Shown here: positions 1 through 9,193 of the stretch, piece after piece
Position numbering within the stretch: position 1 is the first letter of the stretch
Layout: every line of letters begins with the position of its first letter
From: Caldivirga maquilingensis IC-167
GTDB lineage: Archaea; Thermoproteota; Thermoprotei; Thermoproteales; Thermocladiaceae
Direction: 5' to 3'
DNA: 32,000 nt
NCBI RefSeq assembly: GCF_000018305.1
Contig: NC_009954.1
Location: 1,170,001 to 1,202,000, forward strand
Notes under the pieces: model-generated
Database searches by the model: none
The model's input: only the letters and a program-made list of their open reading frames with translations
Told to the model about the DNA's origin: nothing
Translations under genes and position numbers: made by a program

Positions 1-46
1 GGCACTATAATTACTAAGGCTAGGAATGGTAGGGAGGCCAGTGAAC

Positions 47-613
47 TCATAAGGAGGATCCTGACTCAATCCCATTATTAGGCTTAGTGAGTTCATCAGC
101 CCTCATTATTAATCCACCAAACTCACTCTCGTTAAACCACCCGCATCCCTGAATCCTCACCCTAATTAGTCCTGAATCCAAGGTAATGATGGCCATGGTT
201 CCATCCCCACTGTTTAAACCCATTAATGAACCAGGATTAACCACTATTAATTCACCCAGGTCCTGGATCATTGCCTTATGAGTATGGCCAGTTAACACTA
301 ATCTGGCGTTAAAGTAATGGGCTAGCCTCCTTAAATGCAGCCTAGCCTCCTTCTGATGACCATGAATAATGAGAAGCCTTAAACCCTCAAGTTCAAGCAA
401 CTCCTTATCCGGCAACGGCATTGGATCGCTTTCACCAGCAACCACTATTAATTCACCCAGTTTCCTTAAATCATTTAAAACATGTTCATTAGATAAATCA
501 CCAGTGTGGATTATTAAGTCAAAGTGCCCGTTGGTGATAAGCCTCAATAGGCAATTATCAGGTAATCCACCATTAACTATATGGGTATCACCCACTACAG
601 CTAGCCTAATCAT
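47..613 (-). CDS. Metallophosphoesterase, YfcE/MJ0936-type phosphodiesterase family
   Basis: 188 aa ORF with an ATG start. It carries the calcineurin-like motif series VVGDTH (DxH), HTGDL (GD), IHGHQ and LTGHTH (GHxH). Confidence 0.85.
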   Translation of the reverse strand: MIRLAVVGDTHIVNGGLPDNCLLRLITNGHFDLIIHTGDLSNEHVLNDLRKLGELIVVAGESDPMPLPDKELLELEGLRLLIIHGHQKEARLHLRRLAHYFNARLVLTGHTHKAMIQDLGELIVVNPGSLMGLNSGDGTMAIITLDSGLIRVRIQGCGWFNESEFGGLIMRADELTKPNNGIESGSSL

Positions 614-675
614 GCAGTTACTGGTAAGCCTCCAGTGTTATTAAACCCACACCCTAGTGATTGGCCCTGGGAATC

Positions 676-683
676 TTTATAAT
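676..683 (+). promoter_or_regulatory. TATA-like box (TTTATAAT) for the 705 CDS
   Basis: The AT box is centred about 25 nt upstream of ATG 705. The same spacing recurs across the window, consistent with leaderless transcripts. Confidence 0.45.
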
Positions 684-704
684 TTAAGCCACTGGATATT
701 AATT

Positions 705-1136
705 ATGAGTTGCAATTGCCAGTGTGAGGAATTGAAGGAACTCCTGGAGGTAATGAGGAGAATTGAGGATAAGCTTGATAAGGCTGGGTTATCAGTGTTA
801 GCTGACGTTGACCTATCATCAACACTAACATTAGTTATCAAATTATTAACTGAACCTAAGGTAATTGACCTAGTTGATAAATTAACTAAGATACTTAACA
901 TGCTAAGCCTAATAAACCCCTCAGCCCTTGTAACATTAACCTACTCCCTAAGCTGTATGAGTAAGAGCCTAGATAACGCTGAGATACTAAACGCACCTGA
1001 GGTCACATTCAATGACTTATTGAAAGAGTTATCTAAGCCAGAGTACAGTAAGGCATTGGGCATCGTACTATTAATACTTAGGAATGTGGCCAGCTGCATT
1101 GAGGGGGATGCACGTGTTAAAGGGAGTGGTACTTGA
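705..1136 (+). CDS. Hypothetical protein with a DUF1641-like C-terminus
   Basis: The track ORF starts at GTG 657, but in-frame ATG 705 (MSCNCQCEEL...) sits behind the TATA box. The C-terminal segment FNDLLKELSKPEYSKALGIVLLILRNV resembles the DUF1641 helical motif; this is from memory, not a search. The 3' end overlaps the next gene by 29 nt. Confidence 0.5.
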   Translation: MSCNCQCEELKELLEVMRRIEDKLDKAGLSVLADVDLSSTLTLVIKLLTEPKVIDLVDKLTKILNMLSLINPSALVTLTYSLSCMSKSLDNAEILNAPEVTFNDLLKELSKPEYSKALGIVLLILRNVASCIEGDARVKGSGT

Positions 1137-1770
1137 CTTGGATGGAACCCTAGCGGACACTGCGGTGATTCATGGTGAGGCATGGAGAATGGCGATGAGG
1201 GATTTAGGCATACAGGCGCGTATTAGCGTTGAGCAGTTATTGGGTAAGAGGGCTCCTGAAATAGCCCTAGAGCTTGTTGAGGGTAATACTGAGTTGGCTC
1301 AGAGATTATTGGAGAAGAAGAATATTTACTTCAAGAGTCTTGTGGGTTTAGCTAAACCCAAGGCCTGTGCAGTTGAATTACTCAAGAGCCTTAGGAATGC
1401 TGGGATTAAGTTGAGTGTAGTCACTTCATCAAACAGGGTTTCAGCATATTCAGTACTGGAGGCAGTCAACATGATTAATCTCGTGGACTACATTATAACA
1501 GGTGATGATGTGAATAAGGGTAAGCCTGATCCAGAACCGGTTATTAAGGCGCTTAGGTTAATGAATAATGAACCAAGAGAAGTAATGGGTGTGGGGGACA
1601 CTATACATGATTATGAGGCTTACTTGAGGGCGGGCTTAAAGGCAATAGTGATAGTGATTAACCCACTCATGGTTAACCACATTGCTCAATTCAAGGATGC
1701 AATAATCATTGATAACCTATGCGTACTACTTAATGCACTTGACGTAATAATGAAACATAATGCTGAATGA
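1108..1770 (+). CDS. HAD-IA family hydrolase (beta-phosphoglucomutase/phosphatase-like)
   Basis: HAD motifs are present: I VLDLDGTLADT, II VVTSS, III KGKPDPEP, IV GVGDTIHD. ATG 1108 is preferred over the upstream track start at 1084. Confidence 0.85.
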   Translation: MHVLKGVVLDLDGTLADTAVIHGEAWRMAMRDLGIQARISVEQLLGKRAPEIALELVEGNTELAQRLLEKKNIYFKSLVGLAKPKACAVELLKSLRNAGIKLSVVTSSNRVSAYSVLEAVNMINLVDYIITGDDVNKGKPDPEPVIKALRLMNNEPREVMGVGDTIHDYEAYLRAGLKAIVIVINPLMVNHIAQFKDAIIIDNLCVLLNALDVIMKHNAE

Positions 1771-1831
1771 GGTAATAACCCATCTAATGCTTGTTAGTAA
1801 CATTACTTATAAGGAATGGTATTAATGGCAG

Positions 1832-1931
1832 GAATAATCTATAATCCATGCCTCATAATGTCATAAAAGCGGCAAAATACGGCTAAACTTAATTTCATGA
1901 GTGTTGGAATATGTTAATAGAGAATAATCTA
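1832..1931. repeat. Exact 10-mer direct repeat GAATAATCTA (1832-1841 and 1922-1931) in a 276-bp non-coding spacer
   Basis: Read directly from the sequence. Both copies are followed within 1-3 nt by TCCAT. Confidence 0.6.
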
Positions 1932-2046
1932 CTCCATTGAAGTAAATAGGAAAATATAGGTAAGGTAAACTAAAGGTGGTGTTGATTCTCAATAGGCTTC
2001 TTCAGAGCGCCTAAGAGTGTATTATAAATCATAAGATGGAGTGGGG

Positions 2047-2850
2047 CTAAAGGCTCATTAATGTTAAGTACACTATGCTTGAGGGTATGTATAGTATGGC
2101 TAAATATATTATGGCAGCGTGCTCAAATGGAATTCCAGTGTCTAATGCTGTTAAGGTGGCTAGTATGGTTAATGACATTATTGGTGCTAGGTAGCTAATA
2201 ATGTAAAATGGTATTAGGACTTGCTCAGTCACATGTGCTGTAAAGTAGTAGAGTAGGCTTATTAGGCTTATTGATATGGATATTGGGACTAGTGAAACCA
2301 TTATGTTAGTTAATTCCCTAAGGTGAACAATAATTGGCTTTAACCTATATGAAATAACGTAATCAATTACCGCATAAATGAGTAGGGAAATTAAGGTTAC
2401 GTACCATGGTAACGTTGGGCCAGCGTAGGGGAATAGGATAATTAACTTAACATTAGCAATCCATGATATTAGAACACTGAGCAGAACCAGTGGTGTTGAT
2501 ATTGCCAATAGTATTAATGGATTAATGTAGTATAAGTAAACCCAAGCCGATCTAAGGGATATGAAGTTAAGAACCTTGTAGAATGTTGATAATCCGCGTA
2601 AAGCATCATTGAATTCGCTTGGAACCTTACTAAGTAATTCAGAGCCTTTATCAGTTATGAAGTATCTACCATTCCTCTTAACCACAATACCCCTAGCCCT
2701 CATCTGCTCAAGATCATACACTATTATGGATAATGGCATGTGCGGAACAAGCCTAGTAATCTCCTGAAGACTCTTAGGCCCATCCTCAAGCAGAGTAAGT
2801 AGCGTAATCCTCCTTGGTGTTGAAACTAAGCTAGCTAAATCCTCAGCCAC
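2047..2850 (-). CDS. Winged-helix (ArsR-like) DNA-binding domain fused to a polytopic membrane domain
   Basis: GTG start. The N-terminal ~75 aa (RRITLLTLLEDGPKSLQEITRLV...YDLEQMRARGIVVKRNGRYFITDKG) looks like a wHTH. Roughly six hydrophobic helices follow. Confidence 0.7.
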   Translation of the reverse strand: MAEDLASLVSTPRRITLLTLLEDGPKSLQEITRLVPHMPLSIIVYDLEQMRARGIVVKRNGRYFITDKGSELLSKVPSEFNDALRGLSTFYKVLNFISLRSAWVYLYYINPLILLAISTPLVLLSVLISWIANVKLIILFPYAGPTLPWYVTLISLLIYAVIDYVISYRLKPIIVHLRELTNIMVSLVPISISISLISLLYYFTAHVTEQVLIPFYIISYLAPIMSLTILATLTALDTGIPFEHAAIIYLAILYIPSSIVYLTLMSL

Positions 2851-2872
2851 ATGTAGCTAAGCCTGGGTTAAC

Positions 2873-2878
2873 TTTAAA
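2873..2878 (-). promoter_or_regulatory. TATA-like core (TTTAAA) for the 2850 minus-strand gene
   Basis: Centred about 25 nt upstream of GTG 2850. Confidence 0.4.
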
Positions 2879-2880
2879 CA

Positions 2881-2919
2881 ATTACCGTTTAAGTAAGTTT
2901 TATTAAGTGCATTACCGTT
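2881..2919. repeat. Exact 9-mer direct repeat ATTACCGTT (2881-2889 and 2911-2919), candidate operator pair
   Basis: Two identical copies lie 30 bp apart within the 86-bp divergent intergenic region. Both flanking genes encode wH-type proteins. Confidence 0.55.
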
Positions 2920-2936
2920 AATAGTAGGGTTAGGAG

Positions 2937-3815
2937 ATGGAGGATTTAGATAATGTTAAAAGAACAATACTTGCGTACATTCAGAGGAAGCGCAGTGTTA
3001 AGTTAAGTGAATTAAGGCAATGGGCCTTAGAAAACAACATAGGTATCCTCACACTCTACTTATCCTTAAGTAGGCTTATCCAGGAGAGGCAAAAAGACCT
3101 AACCCTAGGTCCCCCTGAACCCCTAATTAGCGGTAACATTAAGTTAATGGGTAAGTCACTTGACCTTAAGTTACCCAGTGAAATAACTATACAGGATAAA
3201 GCCAAGAGAAGGGAGGGCATTAAGGTTAATCAACGTAAACGCATAAGGGGGCAGAGGACGCTCCTAGATGTTCTCAGTAGCGAGGAAGCCACTAAGAGGG
3301 AGCAAGAGGTGAGGCAGGAGGTGGTAAATGAGGTTAAGGAGACCACTGTGCAGGTTCAAGGTGTTGAGGCTGAGGTTAAGGACCAGGGGAATCAGAGTGA
3401 GGAGACACCTATTAAGCAGCCTGAGCAGGTGGAGCAAAGTAATACCCAAGTTAATCAACTTAATCAACCTGCAGTTGAGGAGCAGGTTAAGGGTACTGGT
3501 AATGAGACTATTGACCCATCTCAATTAACTCTAAGTCAATTATCCCAATTGGTTGCATCAGAGTTAAGGATAAGCACTGAGGAAGCCACTAGGTTAATTT
3601 CATCAATTGGACAGTACTTAAACAGGTATTGGAGCGTTGGATTACTTAGGTTAATTGAGGATACTGTCAGGGGCAGTAATCCTGACTTAATTCAAAGGCT
3701 ACTTAAGGTGCTTGAGAGATTAGGCTTCATTGAATTAACCAACCCAGGCATAGTTAATAGGAGGAGGAACATTAAGTTCCCTGTTTCAGACGCGAAGATA
3801 AGTGACTTAGTTTAA
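2937..3815 (+). CDS. Hypothetical protein with helix-turn-helix-like N- and C-terminal modules joined by an E/Q/V-rich low-complexity linker
   Basis: 292 aa ORF with an ATG start. The linker (EQEVRQEVVNEVKETTVQVQGVEAEVKDQGNQSEE...QVNQLNQP) contains a 9-bp tandem duplication, TTAATCAAC x2. Low complexity explains the overlapping shadow ORFs 3264-3524 and 3328-3528. Confidence 0.65.
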   Translation: MEDLDNVKRTILAYIQRKRSVKLSELRQWALENNIGILTLYLSLSRLIQERQKDLTLGPPEPLISGNIKLMGKSLDLKLPSEITIQDKAKRREGIKVNQRKRIRGQRTLLDVLSSEEATKREQEVRQEVVNEVKETTVQVQGVEAEVKDQGNQSEETPIKQPEQVEQSNTQVNQLNQPAVEEQVKGTGNETIDPSQLTLSQLSQLVASELRISTEEATRLISSIGQYLNRYWSVGLLRLIEDTVRGSNPDLIQRLLKVLERLGFIELTNPGIVNRRRNIKFPVSDAKISDLV

Positions 3816-3937
3816 TGGGATTAATTCTCATTATCATACCAATGATGCAGGACTTCATGCATTAGGAATCTCTAGATTATGCTTTAAGCCTAGATGATGC
3901 AATACTTTTAACTGCTTCCTGAGGTGATGGATTAACT

Positions 3938-4483
3938 ATGGTTAGGTTATTTGTGGCAGTGGACTTATCCGATGAGGTGAGGGGTAAGGTAATTGCCTTT
4001 AGGGATGCAGTATCCAGTAGTGGCGCTGATGTTAAGCCTGTTGAGGATGAGAACCTTCACATAACCCTACGCTTCCTAGGTGAGGTTCGGGATAACCTTC
4101 TTCCTGAAATTATGCGTAACTTAAACTCACTAAGCTTCAGTAGCTTCAGGATGCATGTGAAGGGTACTGGAGCATTCCCATCAGCATCATCCCCAAGGGT
4201 TATTTGGGTTGGTGTCGAGGAGGGTGGTGACCAGCTTAAGGCTCTTCATGATACTGTTGAGGAGTTAGTGGGTAGGTATGGGGTTAGTGATGAGAGGGAA
4301 TTCACACCCCACATAACTGTGGCTAGGGTTAGGGGTAGGGGCAGTGTGTTGGGTAAGTTAATTAACCAATGGAGGGACTTCGACTTCGGGTGGCAGACCG
4401 TGGATTCAGTAATACTTAAGAAGAGTACGTTAACCCCAAGGGGCCCAATATACGAGAACCTACTGATCATTAAGCTTAAGTAA
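3938..4483 (+). CDS. thpR: RNA 2',3'-cyclic phosphodiesterase (2H family, LigT/ThpR)
   Basis: 181 aa with the two H-x-T-x motifs of the 2H fold (HITLRFLG and HITVARV) at typical spacing. Confidence 0.85.
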   Translation: MVRLFVAVDLSDEVRGKVIAFRDAVSSSGADVKPVEDENLHITLRFLGEVRDNLLPEIMRNLNSLSFSSFRMHVKGTGAFPSASSPRVIWVGVEEGGDQLKALHDTVEELVGRYGVSDEREFTPHITVARVRGRGSVLGKLINQWRDFDFGWQTVDSVILKKSTLTPRGPIYENLLIIKLK

Positions 4484-4550
4484 GGGTTAAGGGGGTGCAA
4501 TATTAGAGTTAGGTTTTTAAGCATTACCATCATTTTCAGTTCGAGTAGAT

Positions 4551-5627
4551 ATGCCACAGGTTAGGAGGAGGGAGAAGGCTAGTGAGGAGGTGGAGGAGCC
4601 CATTGGGAATGAGGAGGACACTGAGGCGACCACTGAGCCGTCAGCGGCACCAGTGACCACTGCTCTCCAGTCTCCGTCACAGTCCTATGACGTTGAGGAA
4701 ATAGAGGGTGTTGGTAGGGTTACGGCCCAGAAGTTAAGGGAATCAGGCTACAATACTGCCTTAGACGTAGCCTACGCCGGTGTTAAGGAGCTTGCAGATG
4801 TACTTGGCAGTGAGGATAGGGCTAGGCAAATCATTGCAGCTGCCCAGAGGCTTGTTGGTTTAAACAACTTCGTGACTGCCCTTGAGGTTTATGAACGTAA
4901 GAGGAATGTTCAATACATTTCAACCGGCGTTAAGGCACTTGATGAACTGCTTGGTGGGGGTATTGAGACCAGGGCCATAACTGAGCTTGCCGGTGAATTC
5001 GGGTCGGGTAAGACTAACTTCTGCCATCAATTATCAGTAATGGTTCAGTTACCTGAGGATAAGGGTGGATTAAAGGGTAAGGCACTATTCATTGACACTG
5101 AGAATACGTTTAGACCTGAACGTATTGTTCAAATAGCTAAGTACAGGGGTCTTGACCCTAAGGAAGCGTTAAAGAACATCTTCTATGCAAGAGCCTACAA
5201 TAGTGATCACCAGATGCTCATAATTGATGAGGCCAAGAAGATAATTCCCAAGGAGAACATTAGGCTAATAGTCATTGATTCATTGGTGGCTCACTTCAGG
5301 TCAGAGTACCCTGGTAGGGAGAATCTTGCTGAGAGGCAGCAGAAGCTTAACCACCATATTGCTCAATTACTTAAGTTAGCGGATATATATAATGCAGCCG
5401 TGGTTGTTACTAATCAAGTAATAGCGCAGCCGGATATGTTCTTCGGAAACCCATTGAAGCCGGCTGGAGGCAATGTTATAGCTCATGGAGCCACGTATAG
5501 GATTTGGCTTAGGAAGGGTAAGGAGAATATTAGGGTTGCCAGGATCCTTGACTCACCAATGCACCCTGAGAGTGAGGCGACGTTTAAAATAACTGAAGAA
5601 GGGCTTATTGATGGTGAACCACAGTAG
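4551..5627 (+). CDS. radA: DNA repair and recombination protein RadA
   Basis: HhH region [12 protein letters not shown], Walker [15 protein letters not shown] and Walker B LIVIDS are present. The sequence aligns end to end with crenarchaeal RadA as I remember it. It has an extra acidic N-terminal extension of about 35-45 aa. Confidence 0.95.
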   Translation: MPQVRRREKASEEVEEPIGNEEDTEATTEPSAAPVTTALQSPSQSYDVEEIEGVGRVTAQKLRESGYNTALDVAYAGVKELADVLGSEDRARQIIAAAQRLVGLNNFVTALEVYERKRNVQYISTGVKALDELLGGGIETRAITELAGEFGSGKTNFCHQLSVMVQLPEDKGGLKGKALFIDTENTFRPERIVQIAKYRGLDPKEALKNIFYARAYNSDHQMLIIDEAKKIIPKENIRLIVIDSLVAHFRSEYPGRENLAERQQKLNHHIAQLLKLADIYNAAVVVTNQVIAQPDMFFGNPLKPAGGNVIAHGATYRIWLRKGKENIRVARILDSPMHPESEATFKITEEGLIDGEPQ

Positions 5628-5722
5628 TTTAATTTAATGGTGACTCACTAATATTACAGTTATCTTAACTGCAGTAAGCAGTTTAGGCAGTATATTTTAC
5701 TGTTATGTTAATAGCCAGATAA

Positions 5723-5731
5723 TTTTATAAA
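5723..5731 (+). promoter_or_regulatory. TATA-like box (TTTTATAAA) for the 5755 CDS
   Basis: Centred about 28 nt upstream of ATG 5755. Confidence 0.45.
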
Positions 5732-5754
5732 CCGGTTATTGACTATTGGTATGA

Positions 5755-6642
5755 ATGAGTTTCCCACCAACATACATGAGGGTAGTGGAGGCGTTGCTGG
5801 AGCTGTATAATATGCATAAGAGGCCGATTAAGAGTAAGGAGATTGCTGATAAGTTAGGGATGAATGAGGGTACTATAAGGAACATTATGGTTGCCTTAAA
5901 GGCAATGAACCTAGTTGACAGTAAAACTGGGCCATACGGTGGATTCATACCGTCTCAGAAGGCTGTGGAATTCGTTAAGTCACCAATGGTTATTAATCCA
6001 GTTAACGACATTGCTCAAATATTCGTAAACGGTAAGCCAATTAACGTTTACGCCACTGGCATTGAGTTAGTGAACGTGTTTAACCCATACATGAGTAAGG
6101 CCATAATAAAAATCCTCGGTAATGTTAAGGCAATTCACCCAGGTGATAATGTTAGGATTGGTCCAACAATAAACGCCAGGATTATTATTGAAGGCATTGT
6201 GCTGGAGGATAATTCATTATCTAAGGAATTAGTAATAGTGATTAAGAAGCTCCTTGCAATACCGAAGATAAGGGTACTTGACGTTATGACTAAGGAATTA
6301 GCCGTGGTTAAGCATGATGAACCATTAACAAGTGTAGCTAAGTTAATAGCGGATAGGAAGATTAGGGCATTACCCGTTGTGAATGATAATGGTGAATTAA
6401 TAGGCTTAATAACAAGCTCAGACTTGGCGAGGGCCTTTAGTGATGGGGCCCTCACGGCATTGGTTAAGGATTACATGAGGCATGAAGTCCCCATAATAAG
6501 TTGGGATAGGGACATTTACGACGCCATGAGGCTAATGATGAGTTACAACATTGGTAGATTAATAGTGATTAACCAGGAGCAGAAACCGGTGGGTATAGTG
6601 ACTAGGACAGATATATTAAGGTACCTGGCACCCTTAGGTTAA
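5755..6642 (+). CDS. Putative transcriptional regulator: N-terminal wHTH plus C-terminal CBS domain pair
   Basis: The N-terminus (KSKEIADKLGMNEGTIRNIMVALKAMNLVDS) is HTH-like. The C-terminus has two CBS-type repeats (VMTKELAVVKHDEPL...ALPVVNDNGELIGLITSSDL and YMRHEVPIISWD...RLIVINQEQKPVGIVTRTDIL). Confidence 0.85.
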   Translation: MSFPPTYMRVVEALLELYNMHKRPIKSKEIADKLGMNEGTIRNIMVALKAMNLVDSKTGPYGGFIPSQKAVEFVKSPMVINPVNDIAQIFVNGKPINVYATGIELVNVFNPYMSKAIIKILGNVKAIHPGDNVRIGPTINARIIIEGIVLEDNSLSKELVIVIKKLLAIPKIRVLDVMTKELAVVKHDEPLTSVAKLIADRKIRALPVVNDNGELIGLITSSDLARAFSDGALTALVKDYMRHEVPIISWDRDIYDAMRLMMSYNIGRLIVINQEQKPVGIVTRTDILRYLAPLG

Positions 6643-6935
6643 TGAAATGTGAGATATGTTTAATCAATGAGGCATCCAGAGTATGCAGAATATGCGGTAG
6701 ACACGTTTGCCTCGACGATTACGATGAGGGTAGGGGTATTTGCTCAATATGCAGTAGTACGCTATGTTACATATGTGGTGAAAGGCTTGCCGTGTCATTA
6801 TGCGCAAGGTGCGGTAAACCAATATGCAGGGTACATAGCGTTAGGGTTGGGTTAATTAGGTACTGCCTCAACTGCGCTAAGGAATTAGGAGTACTTAAGC
6901 AACCTAGCCACCAATCCACGGGCATTCCTCAGTAA
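6642..6935 (+). CDS. Small cysteine-rich protein with two tandem B-box-like zinc-binding modules
   Basis: 97 aa. The start overlaps the upstream stop (TAATG). The Cys pattern CxxC-x8-CxxC-x3-C-x11-CxxC occurs twice. The last 51 nt overlap the convergent hemC 3' end. Confidence 0.65.
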
Positions 6936-7802
6936 ATCTTCAGCAGCCACCCTACCAGCCTCCTCAGGGTTCCTGGCATCAATCCTGGTTGAGTTAATGA
7001 ACTTCTCAACACCATCAGGATCCACTACCCCATAAGTGAAGTCGAAGTATCCATCATCCAGTAACGCCAAGCCCCCTAAGGGTACGTGGCAACCAGCCCC
7101 TATTCTACTTAGGAAAGCACGCTCAGCCGCAGCCTCCTTGAATGTTTCCTCATCACTACTACGCCTCAGTACCTTAATTAAATCATCCCTATCCCTCCTT
7201 GCAACAACACCAATTATACCTTGTCCAGGGGCTGGTGGCATTAATTCAGGGCTTATTTCACTTACATTAGCATTAATGCTAAGTCTCTCCAGGCCTGCGG
7301 CAGCCATGATTAAGGCATCGTATTCACCATTATTAAGCTTCCTAATCCTCGTATCAACATTACCCCTAATGGGCTTCACCGTAACGTCACGCCTTAGGGA
7401 GAGTAGGAATCCCCTCCTCCTAAGGCTTGATGTACCAACAATTGAGTTGAGGGGTAATGTATCCACCGTGTACTGCCTGAGGGATACTAAGGCATCCCTC
7501 GGATTATCCCTTGGAGGTGTCATTACTAGTGTTAAGTCATTACTTATTTGAGCCGGCATATCCTTTAAACTATGTACAGCCACATCAGCCTCACCCCTGA
7601 GCACTGCCTGATTAACCTCCCTCTCGAAAATACCCTTAACCCCTATTTCATAAAGTGGCTTACTTAAGTCAACATCACCAGTAGTCTTAACTATAATTAG
7701 CTTAAACTCAACATCCTTATTAAACTCAAGTATCCTATCCATAACTATCTTAGTTTGCTTAAGGGATAACGCCGAACCCCTCGTGGCTATCCTAATAATC
7801 AT
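6885..7802 (-). CDS. hemC: Hydroxymethylbilane synthase (porphobilinogen deaminase)
   Basis: The N-terminus [15 protein letters not shown], the motifs DxAVHSLKD and GNVDTRxxKL, and the cofactor Cys region GAGCHVPLG are present. ATG 7802 is preferred over the track GTG at 7826. Confidence 0.9.
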
Positions 7803-7849
7803 CAGTAACGTTCCCCCATGACTCACTGATAAACCTTTGCTTCGTAAAC

Positions 7850-9103
7850 TTAAATGACGCGAATAGAATCAACCACCCTAGGTACCTTAACACTAGTCTC
7901 CTCAGTCTCCTCGTAGGCTATTCTACCTAACATCTCCCACTCGTTGAGGGCAACATTAGTCCAATCAAATCTCTTAATGAATATTAAGCCCTCGTTAGCC
8001 AACTGCTCCCTATACTCCTCATCAGTAAGCAGCTTAGCCGCAGCGAGAGCCATGGAGTTAATGTCCCTAAAGGGAACCCTTAAAACCGCCCTAGTCCTGT
8101 AATTAAACCTAATTGCAGGTATATCGTAAGTAACCACTGGTACACCGTGGGCTAAGGCCTCAATGACAACTAACCCTATTGAATCCAATCTAGTGGGGTA
8201 CACGAATACCCTAGCCCTAGCTAGGTAACTCAATAATTCACGCCTAGTTAAGTTAACCCTAACCTCTGTGAATTCACTTAACCCTAGTCTCCTTAACCTA
8301 GCCTTCACAATCCTTGGCGTATCATCATCAGCAGCCCCCATTATCATTGCCTTAGGCTTAAGCCCCATTCTCCTGTGCATTATGTTTAGGACTTTAATGA
8401 AGTCGAAGACCCCCTTCTCCCTCTTTAATCTACCGAAGAAGACTAAGTCAATGTCCTTATCACCGCACCTCCAACATGACTCATCAATACCCACACCTGG
8501 GTCAAGTACCTTAACCCTAGCCCTTAAACCCATGAGCCTCATCTCATAGGGTATTGACTTAGACACCGACAGCACAGTCTCCCCGGATAACACTACCTTA
8601 GCTATTAAGTACTCGAATAACTTATCGCCAATGTAACCCATACCGTTTAGCCTCAGGTTAAGGGACATTAATCTTATTGGATTCATAGGTAAGTCAATGT
8701 CAATTGCCCCAATCACCGGGGTTAATTGAAGTAAGGCAGTCCACTTAACGCCAATACTCTTAAGAAGCATCATCATGCCCACGTGCTCATGTGGAACATA
8801 TAGTAAGTCAAAGTACTGTAGATCCCTCTTAATATTATTCATGGCGTCGTAAATGTATTTAGGGTAAGCGTAGAAGCGAGTTATCTCCATGGGCGGTAAC
8901 TCAACTGTATTATTAATCACGAAGTCCCTGAACCTCCCCTCAAAGTAAACATCAAGCATGTTTAGGAGTTTAACGTAGTAATTCCTAGGTATTAGGAAAG
9001 TAGGTCTCCTAGGGTATCTGGAGGAGGTCTCCAGTATCCTCACGTGTCCCCCGGTTAGTGAGGATAATATGGTGAATAACGCTACCTGCATCTCTCGAGT
9101 CAT
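7850..9103 (-). CDS. Glycosyltransferase, GT4/GT-B fold
   Basis: 417 aa. The C-terminal half carries the Glycos_transf_1 signature ([26 protein letters not shown]). Confidence 0.8.
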
Positions 9104-9186
9104 TACAGCGCCTATTTTATTAATATTTCCGGATAATGCACTACACTTAATTCATTAATGCGTAATGCATCCCAGGTGAATAATGC

Positions 9187-9193
9187 ATATATA
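9187..9193 (+). promoter_or_regulatory. TATA-like box (ATATATA) for the 9216 CDS
   Basis: Centred about 26 nt upstream of ATG 9216. Confidence 0.45.

Noticed and set aside
3842-3935. Repeated ATGATGCA (3842-3849 and 3894-3901) with downstream CUGA and GUGAUGG, suggesting a C/D sRNA upstream of thpR
   Set aside because: There are 18 nt between the C-like box and CUGA instead of about 12, and no terminal D box before the CDS. An 8-mer repeat in about 120 bp is only marginally unexpected.
6667-6855. 62-aa alternative-frame ORF inside the zinc-finger gene
   Set aside because: The overlapping frame starting at 6642 has the regular Cys spacing and translational coupling to the upstream gene. The alternative frame has no features.
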